Source: a virus (taxonomy: Duplodnaviria; Caudoviricetes). Taken from it: 62,546 nt of DNA. The stretch's first letter is position 1, and every line of letters starts with the position of its first letter. The notes beneath the pieces were generated by a model. The model saw nothing but the letters and a program-made list of their open reading frames with translations. It was not told the origin of the DNA and did not search any database. Positions 9,300 to 16,867 of this stretch are shown here, in pieces. Where the stretch lies: positions 1-62,546 of the IMG/VR virus record IMGVR_UViG_3300043464_000631, one strand, 5' to 3'. The position numbers were made by a program, and so were the translations under genes.

Positions 9300-9508
9300 A
9301 GGGTGTGCTCTCGTTCCCATTTCTCAAGCTGACGCTTGTACTCGATCCATTCCGCGAGTGCGTGGATGAGCATTTCGGCTTCTTGAACATCGCTGACTGA
9401 GGTCTTATCCCAACCATCAAAAACGATAAGATAGTTCTGGTACGGAGTGACAACAAACTCATCAAGCTTTCGTTTGGCTGGTAGTTTCGGCTTCTCCATA
9501 TCACGCAT
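9296..9508 (-). CDS. Hypothetical protein
   Basis: ORF directly downstream of the structured element. Confidence 0.6.
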   Translation of the reverse strand: MRDMEKPKLPAKRKLDEFVVTPYQNYLIVFDGWDKTSVSDVQEAEMLIHALAEWIEYKRQLEKWEREHTL

Positions 9509-9511
9509 ACC

Positions 9512-9681
9512 TTTAAGGGTGTATGTTGAGGATATCCCCGGTAGGGGATGAGGGGTGAAGCGGGGCGGTACTTGTTGAGTGCGCGTCCGACTAGATACGG
9601 ACGTTCGTACCTAACCAGTCTCAACGTTCCCGCCCGTTTACCAAGGGCTAAGTGAAAGAGGTATGAGAACAGCCCCTTAAA
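9512..9681 (-). ncRNA. Putative structured RNA or leader, family unknown
   Basis: Nested helices TTTAAGGG/CCCTTAAA, GGGCGG/CCGCCC, GTTGAG/CTCAAC, CGTCCG/CGGACG, ATCCCC/GGGGAT; sigma70 promoter just upstream. Confidence 0.55.
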
Positions 9682-9710
9682 ATGCACATCACCTCGGTGC
9701 TTCGGAAACA

Positions 9711-9739
9711 ACTTTACTCAGTAAACAGGGGTGTGTCAA
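9711..9739 (-). promoter_or_regulatory. sigma70-type promoter
   Basis: TTGACA-17 bp-TAAAGT. Confidence 0.7.
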
Positions 9740-9746
9740 GCCCCGG

Positions 9747-11819
9747 TTACTCGTTTGTGCCGATGTCCACAATCTCACACACCCCCCCGGTGCAAGCAAG
9801 TGTTTGCGAACCAGCGGTGTTGTCACTCTTCTCGAACTCAGCAAGACGATACCAATTGATGTGCGGGAAAGTCTTCTTCATCTCTTGCCACTGGAACGCG
9901 TCAATCTCCTCGTAAGGGGCTTGCATGTATGACCCACCGGCATACGGAAGAAACGACACGCCAGACATCCACTCGAAGTTCTCGTACACCCACGCACCTA
10001 CCTTCAACCACTCGTCCTCTCGGACGGAAATGGTCACGCTCGGCTTGTGGTCACACCAATACTTCTGATACTGAAGCCACTTCTCAAGATGAGCGATTGC
10101 ATCCACGTCCTCTCGGGTTGTGATCTTACCGTGAGTACCGATAGGAAACGAGAACACAACCGTCTGGTCTGGCTTCATGGCACACGGCTCGTTCGGTACG
10201 CTCTCCGCGATCAAGAGCTGAGTGAGAGGGTCTTTGGTATCACCCCGTACACGTCGGATGTAGAACTGAGAGTGACGTGCATGGATACCCGAAGCAGCAT
10301 CCACAAGCTGCGATGCAGTCCCCGATGGCTTAACGCAAGTCCTTGCAGCAGAACGGTTGATACCAATACGCGACGAGTACACGTTGTTTGTCTGTTCGGA
10401 AACAGACCGGAGGTACGTAAGCTCCTCGTCAGTAAGAGTTGGGCCATCGTAGATGCCAGTCATCGACACACCCAACAGCGCCTCCTTTTCCGTCGTCTCC
10501 TTCCACTCAGGGCTAAGGAACGGGAAGTTGGTGAGCCGTGCTTGGAGTGTACCGAGGATGGTGGCTAGACGAACCTTGTTGGCAAGAGTTTCAACAGTGT
10601 CGCTAGGACGGACAACCACTTCCGTCAGGTTACAAAACTGCTGAGGACGGAGAATGATCTCGCTGCATGGGTTTGTTCCGTGCTTCACATCGTTCTTTCG
10701 CCCAACACGCTCGTTCAACATACGCGCTGCTGCGCGTGAGAAGATACCGCGCTCCCCGGAACCACTCTTGTACAACGACACCCACTCGTCCATGAACTCA
10801 CCGATAGATGGCTTGCTCTCGTACACTGCGGAATTGTTAGCAAGAGCACGCTGCTTCTGGCAGAAGTACCAAGGAATAGTCATCGTATCCTCGATCTTCC
10901 CCCAAGACCACGAATCAACTACCAAATCCTTAAGGTAGCCCGGTTTACCAGATGCGTCGGTGTACCAGATACTAGCAGTCACGTTGCCGCTGTCCACCTC
11001 TTGGTTTGAGACATGGAACTCATTGACCTCGAAGTTGCCCTTGGCGTTCGCCATTGACTTATCTGACAGGTCGCTCAGACTGATCTCTGCGCTACGACGA
11101 ACTCCGCCGACAACAACCACCTCTCCGATCTTACAAACGATGTCGTGAACTTCAATCGGCTTGAGCTTACGACCCGCTGCTTGTCGGAAGGTTTCAATCG
11201 TGAACTCGAAGAGTTCCTTCAAGGGCTCCGGGCCTGAGCTTCGACCACCGAACGTCTTGAGCCGGGCACCCTTGGGTCGGAGGTTGCTGAGGTCGAACTG
11301 GCAAACCTCACCATTGAACAGGTGGGTCACCAGCTCACGGTAAGCGCTTGCCCACCCCTCCTTGCTGTCTTCTACAACAAGACACTTGTTGAAGTGACCG
11401 AGAATCTCAGGCACCTTCGGAAGAGAATCAATCTCCGAGGCCTCACAAGAAAACCCAATGCCCGTGCCGCACATCAGGATGTACAGAATCTCCGCGAAGC
11501 GGATCGGTTTGTCTACGGGGGTGTACGCACAGTTGTACCCGGCGACATTGGTCAACTCAAGAGCCGGGCCAGCTGTCATCATGGCCCGCATAGAAGGAAG
11601 AATCTTCAAGTGCAAGATGGCATCTCGAATCTCAGTAATTTCTTGCTCTGCGATCAAAGGACTCCCGTCCTTGTTGTAGCACATGAAACGGATGTAGCGA
11701 TCAACCGTCTCGTTCCACGTTTCTCGGCGCCCCTCTTCTTCTAGCCAACGGGCATAGCGGCTCTTGTGGATGAACTGCTGGTACTGGGTTGGCAGGGTGA
11801 CTTCGTTACTATTCGTCAT
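9747..11819 (-). CDS. nrdJ: Class II (adenosylcobalamin-dependent) ribonucleotide reductase
   Basis: PSMRAM, YNCAY, GGVRRSA, TNPCSEI, CVKPSGT, C-terminal CTGGVC; no nrdB in the genome. Confidence 0.92.
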   Translation of the reverse strand: MTNSNEVTLPTQYQQFIHKSRYARWLEEEGRRETWNETVDRYIRFMCYNKDGSPLIAEQEITEIRDAILHLKILPSMRAMMTAGPALELTNVAGYNCAYTPVDKPIRFAEILYILMCGTGIGFSCEASEIDSLPKVPEILGHFNKCLVVEDSKEGWASAYRELVTHLFNGEVCQFDLSNLRPKGARLKTFGGRSSGPEPLKELFEFTIETFRQAAGRKLKPIEVHDIVCKIGEVVVVGGVRRSAEISLSDLSDKSMANAKGNFEVNEFHVSNQEVDSGNVTASIWYTDASGKPGYLKDLVVDSWSWGKIEDTMTIPWYFCQKQRALANNSAVYESKPSIGEFMDEWVSLYKSGSGERGIFSRAAARMLNERVGRKNDVKHGTNPCSEIILRPQQFCNLTEVVVRPSDTVETLANKVRLATILGTLQARLTNFPFLSPEWKETTEKEALLGVSMTGIYDGPTLTDEELTYLRSVSEQTNNVYSSRIGINRSAARTCVKPSGTASQLVDAASGIHARHSQFYIRRVRGDTKDPLTQLLIAESVPNEPCAMKPDQTVVFSFPIGTHGKITTREDVDAIAHLEKWLQYQKYWCDHKPSVTISVREDEWLKVGAWVYENFEWMSGVSFLPYAGGSYMQAPYEEIDAFQWQEMKKTFPHINWYRLAEFEKSDNTAGSQTLACTGGVCEIVDIGTNE

Positions 11820-11866
11820 TCGCTTCTCTCGAACCTCCGTGTTCGTTGTTAAGTGGATTATTGTGG

Positions 11867-12301
11867 TTAACCGGCTTTGACTGCAAAGCTATTGCAGTAG
11901 CCGTTGGGTTTTACTTTCAATTGATACAGAGAACACCTTGGATTGAAGTGCTCACCGCCTCTTGAAATCTCAGGTTTAAAGTGTACACAAGTAGCACAAG
12001 ACTCGGGTGGTTCTTCTGTGTAGCCGATGTCTTCTTTCAACTTCTTTACAAGACTCCGCTGCTTTTCTTTCTCTTCCCGCTCTTGTTCTTTCCGAAGAAT
12101 CTTCTCTACTTGTAGCTCGCCTTTAACTTCTTCAATCTTTCGTTTGATGTCACAAAGTGTAGTTTGAATTGCTTGGATTCGGATTGAGGATGCTTTCTTC
12201 CCGTTGTGGGTCCTTGTGCGGGATGCTTCGGCCTCTTTGATCGCATCCCGAGCACGGGCTTGTTGGACTAACAACCGCTCTAGCTTTTGATGTGTATTCA
12301 T
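11867..12301 (-). CDS. Coiled-coil protein with C-terminal 4-Cys HiPIP-like domain
   Basis: CATCVHF...CSLY..KVKPNGYCNSF. Confidence 0.7.
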   Translation of the reverse strand: MNTHQKLERLLVQQARARDAIKEAEASRTRTHNGKKASSIRIQAIQTTLCDIKRKIEEVKGELQVEKILRKEQEREEKEKQRSLVKKLKEDIGYTEEPPESCATCVHFKPEISRGGEHFNPRCSLYQLKVKPNGYCNSFAVKAG

Positions 12302-12332
12302 CTCAGCCGTTAAGTAGTGTCGTGTGGGGAAT

Positions 12333-12363
12333 AAAAAGCCCCGGTCTAGGAAAGCACCGGGGC
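12333..12363 (-). terminator. Rho-independent terminator closing the tRNA/ncRNA cluster
   Basis: Minus strand GCCCCGGT-N10-ACCGGGGC-TTTTT. Confidence 0.8.
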
Positions 12364-12377
12364 GGTTGGTTAAAAGG

Positions 12378-12481
12378 ACAAGGTGGCCGGAGGCGATCCC
12401 GGCTTGCCGTTTCTCTGTTTCAGGGCGACTTTCGGTAGGTATGGCCCAACTTGCGCATCGCCACTGCGCGTTTCACCTTGT
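12378..12481 (-). ncRNA. Structured RNA element C (tRNA-like cloverleaf, family unknown)
   Basis: Closing ACAAGGTG/CACCTTGT; hairpins GCGCA/TGCGC, GGGC/GCCC, GCCGG/CCGGC. Confidence 0.6.
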
Positions 12482-12496
12482 GTTGGTGTAACTAGA

Positions 12497-12636
12497 ACAC
12501 AACGGTGGGACGTAAGCCGGGATGAACCCCGTTCACTTTCGTGACCTCCCACTACCTTCTGATGTCTGGCTCAGCTCCCGCTTTTACCTATCACGCAAGC
12601 CAGATCGTGACGGGCATTCTTCTTCGGGCGTTGTGT
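12497..12636 (-). ncRNA. Structured RNA element B (pseudoknotted, family unknown)
   Basis: Closing ACACAACG/CGTTGTGT; TCACG/CGTGA hairpin whose loop TCTGGCT pairs AGCCAGA; GTGGGA/TCCCAC; TCAC-GAAA-GTGA. Confidence 0.6.
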
Positions 12637-12643
12637 GTTTGAA

Positions 12644-12787
12644 TTGAAGAGCAACACATATCGGCTTTGCTTCCAGTCAACTATCTACCGCTGTGCAGTA
12701 GCCGACCTCACCGGGAGGTCTCGTTGGCAGGTTCCTTTCACTGGGATGTCCTCTGCTATATCTTCCGATAGAGGTGTTGCTCTTCAA
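12644..12787 (-). ncRNA. Structured RNA element A (family unknown)
   Basis: Perfect 14-bp closing stem TTGAAGAGCAACAC/GTGTTGCTCTTCAA plus TATCGG/CCGATA, CCAGT/ACTGG, GACCTC/GAGGTC, CTACTGC/GCGGTAG. Confidence 0.65.
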
Positions 12788-12790
12788 AGG

Positions 12791-12865
12791 TGGCCGGGCT
12801 GCTCAGAATCGAACTGAGATTGCGGGAGTCAAAGTCCCGAGTATTAGCCGTTATACGACAGCCCT
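12791..12865 (-). tRNA. tRNA-Gln (anticodon UUG), CCA encoded
   Basis: GGGCTG/CAGCCC acceptor, GTAT/ATAC D-arm, CGGGA-CTTTGAC-TCCCG anticodon arm, CTCAG-TTCGATT-CTGAG T-arm, G73-CCA. Confidence 0.93.
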
Positions 12866-12907
12866 ATTGTGTGAAATTATCATCAATTATGCGGAGTTGC
12901 ATAATTG

Positions 12908-13141
12908 TTAATTGGGTTCTACCCGCTTGATGCTGAAGCCATAACGTGAAATTTCGGGGTTACGGTATTCGTTCCAAGAGTAGTCGAAGTCTGGATGGGG
13001 CTCTTTAAGATCATAGAACTTATCCTTGTTTCGCCGAAGCCAAGTGCGAACATACGACCGAGCCTCCTCATACCGGGAGAACTTCTTCGCATTGAAACGA
13101 CGGTTGTTGCGATGGATGGTGAACGTGGTGGTGGGGGTCAT
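12908..13141 (-). CDS. Hypothetical protein
   Basis: GGAG RBS, ATGA overlap. Confidence 0.7.
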   Translation of the reverse strand: MTPTTTFTIHRNNRRFNAKKFSRYEEARSYVRTWLRRNKDKFYDLKEPHPDFDYSWNEYRNPEISRYGFSIKRVEPN

Positions 13142-13347
13142 TCGGTGTGTTCTCCGATGTATTCGATACGGGCGATGTCGGAAGATTGAAGTGCAAGGAT
13201 CGGGATGAACTCCCTGTCCTCACCAGTCACTACCGACTTCTCAAAGACCACGAGCCGTTCCGAAACGTAGTACGAAGTAGCAACAACCTCAATAATATCT
13301 CCAATGAACGGCTCGATACGGAACTTTCTCACAGGCTCACTCCTCAA
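13138..13347 (-). CDS. Hypothetical protein
   Basis: Operon packing. Confidence 0.6.
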   Translation of the reverse strand: MRSEPVRKFRIEPFIGDIIEVVATSYYVSERLVVFEKSVVTGEDREFIPILALQSSDIARIEYIGEHTE

Positions 13348-14369
13348 CCAAACGGGCTATCGACATCTTCGGGTTCATCTTCCCAACTCACCGCTTTCGC
13401 GGGAGCGGGCTTTACCACCGGCTTCACCGGGCTAGCCTTCGGCTTGGTCACTTCAGTAGAAGGGTTGACGGGACGACTATTGTCGTTTTGTTCGCGGGGC
13501 TTGTCAATCAAAGAAGCGATGGTTGAACCGTTAAAGTTTGTGGCGTTCTTGATGGTGTTACGAATCGAGAGGCGCAGCTTACTCACCGCATCAGCGTCGG
13601 GCTTGGTGCCATCCGACCACACGATACCGCTGACCACACCCTCCGGCATAGCCGGAACCGAAACACCCTCGGGCACAATACCTGCCAGCTTGATCTCTTC
13701 GGTGTAGTACGACTTACCATTCTTACCCGGTTTCATGTACACACGGAACTGGAACTGGAGGCACTGGCCCAGCAGTTCACCGATACGATTGACGTTGAAG
13801 TAGCCCTTACTGTCAAGGATACCAGCAGCAGCGGCAAGGTTGTGGAGAAGTGCGTTCTTAGCTACTGCCCACGTACCGTCTTCGTGCTTCTTCTCCGAGA
13901 GGTAGATCAGCTTCTGAACCTGCGGCTGCCACTTGCCTTCGTCATTCTGGACTAGACGCTCACCGTTGAGAATGAGACGGAGAGGAAGCTCGTGGCTTTC
14001 ACCGTAGAACTGCCCTTTGTCAACCATGATCTGCGGGAAGTCCACAGTGATGGCAATCGCCTGCTTCGCAGGGACGGTGAATCGAACACAGGGCTTGCCC
14101 TTTTGGTCTCCCCACTGGCCAGTGTAATACTCGGCATCCTCGGGGTACTCTTCGCCATCCTTGACAACGGTCTCCAGAGTACGAGGCTGGACACCAAGGT
14201 CCACGATGGAAGAGATGTATCCGGGGATAGAGCGTGCCTTGTTGGCTGTGCCTGCACGTTCAATGACGTGCGCATTGACTTCGTTGTAATCGACCTTCGG
14301 CCGTTCGGTATTTGTATCGCCGGAGGCGTTGGTGTTGGCGGTCTTGATTGGGCGGAATTCAAAAGTCAT
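13344..14369 (-). CDS. Putative single-stranded DNA-binding / annealing protein
   Basis: Near the DNA polymerase; IVDLGVQ motif; Pro/Ala linker and acidic-aromatic tail EDEPEDVDSPFG. Confidence 0.6.
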   Translation of the reverse strand: MTFEFRPIKTANTNASGDTNTERPKVDYNEVNAHVIERAGTANKARSIPGYISSIVDLGVQPRTLETVVKDGEEYPEDAEYYTGQWGDQKGKPCVRFTVPAKQAIAITVDFPQIMVDKGQFYGESHELPLRLILNGERLVQNDEGKWQPQVQKLIYLSEKKHEDGTWAVAKNALLHNLAAAAGILDSKGYFNVNRIGELLGQCLQFQFRVYMKPGKNGKSYYTEEIKLAGIVPEGVSVPAMPEGVVSGIVWSDGTKPDADAVSKLRLSIRNTIKNATNFNGSTIASLIDKPREQNDNSRPVNPSTEVTKPKASPVKPVVKPAPAKAVSWEDEPEDVDSPFG

Positions 14370-14380
14370 GTGTCGTCCTG

Positions 14381-14872
14381 TTAGATTGGGTTAAGTACAG
14401 CGAACTCCCCGTGGAGTTCGATTGCTGCTTTGTTGTAAGCGTGGGCTGCTTCTTGTGGTGAGTTGAACACACCCAAATAAAACCGATTCGTTGATTTGCC
14501 AATCGTGGCCTTCCATTTACCTGTTGTCTTGCAAAAAGAGACTCCCTTGTAGCCTGTTGAGTTGTTCTTATACATTGGCTGGTTGTGTTGGTTCTGAGAA
14601 CGACTAGCTTCTCTCAGATTAGAGACCCTGTTGTCGCTCTTATTTCCGTTGATATGGTCGATGCTCAGCTTCGGGAACTCGCCGTGCCACCACATCCAAA
14701 CTAACCTGTGCTCTGCATAGTACTTGCCGTCTATGCCTATCGTCCTGTAACCCGAGTAATGCGTGTTACCTGCCCTCTTTCCTTCTGGGGAACGTTGCCT
14801 CGTTATCTTCCAAGTAAACACCCCAGTTTCAGGGTCATAATGCAACAGCTCTTTCAACCTCTCCTGTGTCAA
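14381..14872 (-). CDS. HNH endonuclease with AP2 domain
   Basis: LHYDPETGVF, HRLVW, IDHINGNKSDNRVSNLR, GYKGV, EAAHAYNKAA..LHGEFA. Confidence 0.92.
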   Translation of the reverse strand: MTQERLKELLHYDPETGVFTWKITRQRSPEGKRAGNTHYSGYRTIGIDGKYYAEHRLVWMWWHGEFPKLSIDHINGNKSDNRVSNLREASRSQNQHNQPMYKNNSTGYKGVSFCKTTGKWKATIGKSTNRFYLGVFNSPQEAAHAYNKAAIELHGEFAVLNPI

Positions 14873-14896
14873 CTGTGTTTTCAGACACCACCTCCA

Positions 14897-16453
14897 CTAG
14901 TGGATCAAATCCCACGACCTCCCCGCCTTAGCCTCACCAACAATCGGAACCCGAACCTTCAGGTACTTACCTGCTGCTTCGAGCGCCTTCTCTGCCAGCT
15001 TGCCAAAGTCCTCGGCTACTTCTTCCGGCACCTCCCAGCATTGTTCATCGTGAACCTCAGAAAGAGGATAGATGAACCGGGACTGGAAAGTATAGGCAAG
15101 GTTGTTGTCGTTGTCAAGCACTAGGCCGTCCAACCATTTATGCAAGAACAAGGTTGTCACCTGAAAAATTATCGCGCCGGCCGACTGTTGGGCGGTGTTC
15201 ACCAACGAATGTTTGCTCCGGGTACGTACCCACCTACCATCAAGACCCTTGATCCGCTCCTTACCCTGTGTTTCCCAATGCTGGGTCAACCTCTCCTTGA
15301 ACTTTGCAAGCGGCGCAGCAGCTTCCCAGAAGTCGTTGAAGATTTGCTCACCGCGTTGCTGGGATTCCCCGAGAGTAGCTGCCAGCTTCTTAGCTGAAGC
15401 TCCGTAGGCGCTCGCGTAGCGAACAGTCTTCGCCTTGTTACGCCAAGTTTTTACCTCGGGGTGGTCCTTACTATAGTCAGGGTGTCCGAACAAGTGGCCG
15501 ATCTTATCGGCAAACATCTTCTCTGCGGTCTTAAGGTGGATGTCCCCCTCGATCAACTCACGAGCGTACTCCTGCCCGCCTTCGTAGATGCTGGTGAAGT
15601 GCGCCTCCACCCGGGCTTCAAGTCCAGACGCATCGAACCCAACCATCGTGTAGCCCGGTCGCTTTGCGCAGAAGAGAGAGCGAACCTCTACGCCATAGAG
15701 TACCTTACCGTCCGCCTTGGGGAGATTCGTGACAACAGAGTGCCGCTTCCGAAACGTAGGTGTATACCCACTAGCACCAGCACTCAATCGACCGTCGTAC
15801 GCAAGCCGCTCGTTCCCGAGCCACCCTTCAATCACAGACTTGCGGTTGCGTAGACTAAGCCAACGAACCACAGGACGTACCATATCACCTGCCATCTCTT
15901 CAAGGTTCGGACATAGGCGACCGTTCTCTTGGAGTTTAGGGGTAGTGAGGATGATGTTTCCTTTCTCGTCACGAGCTGGCTTCCCTCGTTCGTCCCGCTT
16001 GAAATTGAAAAGGGTCGGCACCCACCCCTCGGCGATAAGGAAGTTCTTGAGATCATCCTGATTAGCTAAGCGCATAGGTCCAGTGATGATGGTTGGCTCG
16101 CCTCCTTTGATCGGGTACACGTTACCTTCCAACAAGATGTCCCGCTCCGTGTGGAGCTTTGCTCCGAGACGTTCCATCCAGTTCACCATCGAACTGGACA
16201 GCGACCCGTCCTTCTTAAACGGCTTGGCTGGGAACCGATACTTGTCTAGCTCTCCTTTGTTCAAAGGCCGGGGAGGTAGTTGTGGCTCGATGGTTTGCTC
16301 AATCTCCGTCATCTCTCCTTCGATCCGGACAAGCAACCCTTCAGCGCGTTCTTTGTTGAACCCGATACCCGTGAACCCACGAACCGAGGTGAGATACGAA
16401 TCCATCGAGAAGCAAATGTAAGGCTTCCACTCAAGAAGCTCGTCTATCTTCAA
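14897..16453 (-). CDS. DNA polymerase family A, polymerase domain only
   Basis: Motif A FDASGLEAR, motif B RNKAKTVRYASAYG, motif C VHDE; TTG start after GAGGAG. Confidence 0.92.
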   Translation of the reverse strand: MKIDELLEWKPYICFSMDSYLTSVRGFTGIGFNKERAEGLLVRIEGEMTEIEQTIEPQLPPRPLNKGELDKYRFPAKPFKKDGSLSSSMVNWMERLGAKLHTERDILLEGNVYPIKGGEPTIITGPMRLANQDDLKNFLIAEGWVPTLFNFKRDERGKPARDEKGNIILTTPKLQENGRLCPNLEEMAGDMVRPVVRWLSLRNRKSVIEGWLGNERLAYDGRLSAGASGYTPTFRKRHSVVTNLPKADGKVLYGVEVRSLFCAKRPGYTMVGFDASGLEARVEAHFTSIYEGGQEYARELIEGDIHLKTAEKMFADKIGHLFGHPDYSKDHPEVKTWRNKAKTVRYASAYGASAKKLAATLGESQQRGEQIFNDFWEAAAPLAKFKERLTQHWETQGKERIKGLDGRWVRTRSKHSLVNTAQQSAGAIIFQVTTLFLHKWLDGLVLDNDNNLAYTFQSRFIYPLSEVHDEQCWEVPEEVAEDFGKLAEKALEAAGKYLKVRVPIVGEAKAGRSWDLIH

Positions 16454-16454
16454 G

Positions 16455-16637
16455 TCACTCCTCGTTCTTTTGGTAGATTATATCTTGTTGGTACATAAAC
16501 TGCTCTATGTTTGCAAGGAATATGCGGATACTATTCAGCTTCGAGATCAAAGGTGAACTCCACCCATCTTCCTCTTGCTCCGCAAGTCGCTCCATTGCCT
16601 CAGCCAAGGCTGTGTTGTAGTCATCACCCCACTTCAT
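16455..16637 (-). CDS. Hypothetical protein between the polymerase halves
   Basis: TAATG coupling. Confidence 0.6.
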   Translation of the reverse strand: MKWGDDYNTALAEAMERLAEQEEDGWSSPLISKLNSIRIFLANIEQFMYQQDIIYQKNEE

Positions 16638-16867
16638 TATTCGTACCCTTTCAGTGCATGCTTAACCTTTACGATAAACTCTGAACGGACGATGTTTGGG
16701 TCAGACATATCTTCACACAAAAAGAGAATCAACTCCTCGTAGAAATCATCGCGGCACTTTGCAAAGCAAATGTCTCGGATGAACTGGATCAAATCGTCCC
16801 GGTTGGTTTCGTCTGCCAACTGATCTGAACTAACATCTACTTGTGCGTTAACCGAAACCGTAGTCAT
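16637..16867 (-). CDS. Hypothetical protein between the polymerase halves
   Basis: GAGGAG RBS, TAATG coupling. Confidence 0.65.
   Translation of the reverse strand: MTTVSVNAQVDVSSDQLADETNRDDLIQFIRDICFAKCRDDFYEELILFLCEDMSDPNIVRSEFIVKVKHALKGYE

Noticed and set aside
9280-9711. 143-aa minus-strand ORF
   Set aside because: Starts at the promoter -10 box with no RBS, overlaps a better ORF, and the region is better explained as structured RNA
12378-12787. tmRNA, cobalamin riboswitch, SRP RNA, or hammerhead/pistol/HDV-like ribozyme
   Set aside because: Only fragments match (GGTGAAAC, GAGCCAG, ACCTGCC, CGGAAG..AGCAG); no G3-U70, CCA or tag ORF, no ordered B12 box, no CUGANGA or pistol core
12370-12817. 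Two 60-aa ORFs in the RNA cluster
   Set aside because: Weak starts, opposite strands, no protein-like features, and they cut across the helix boundaries
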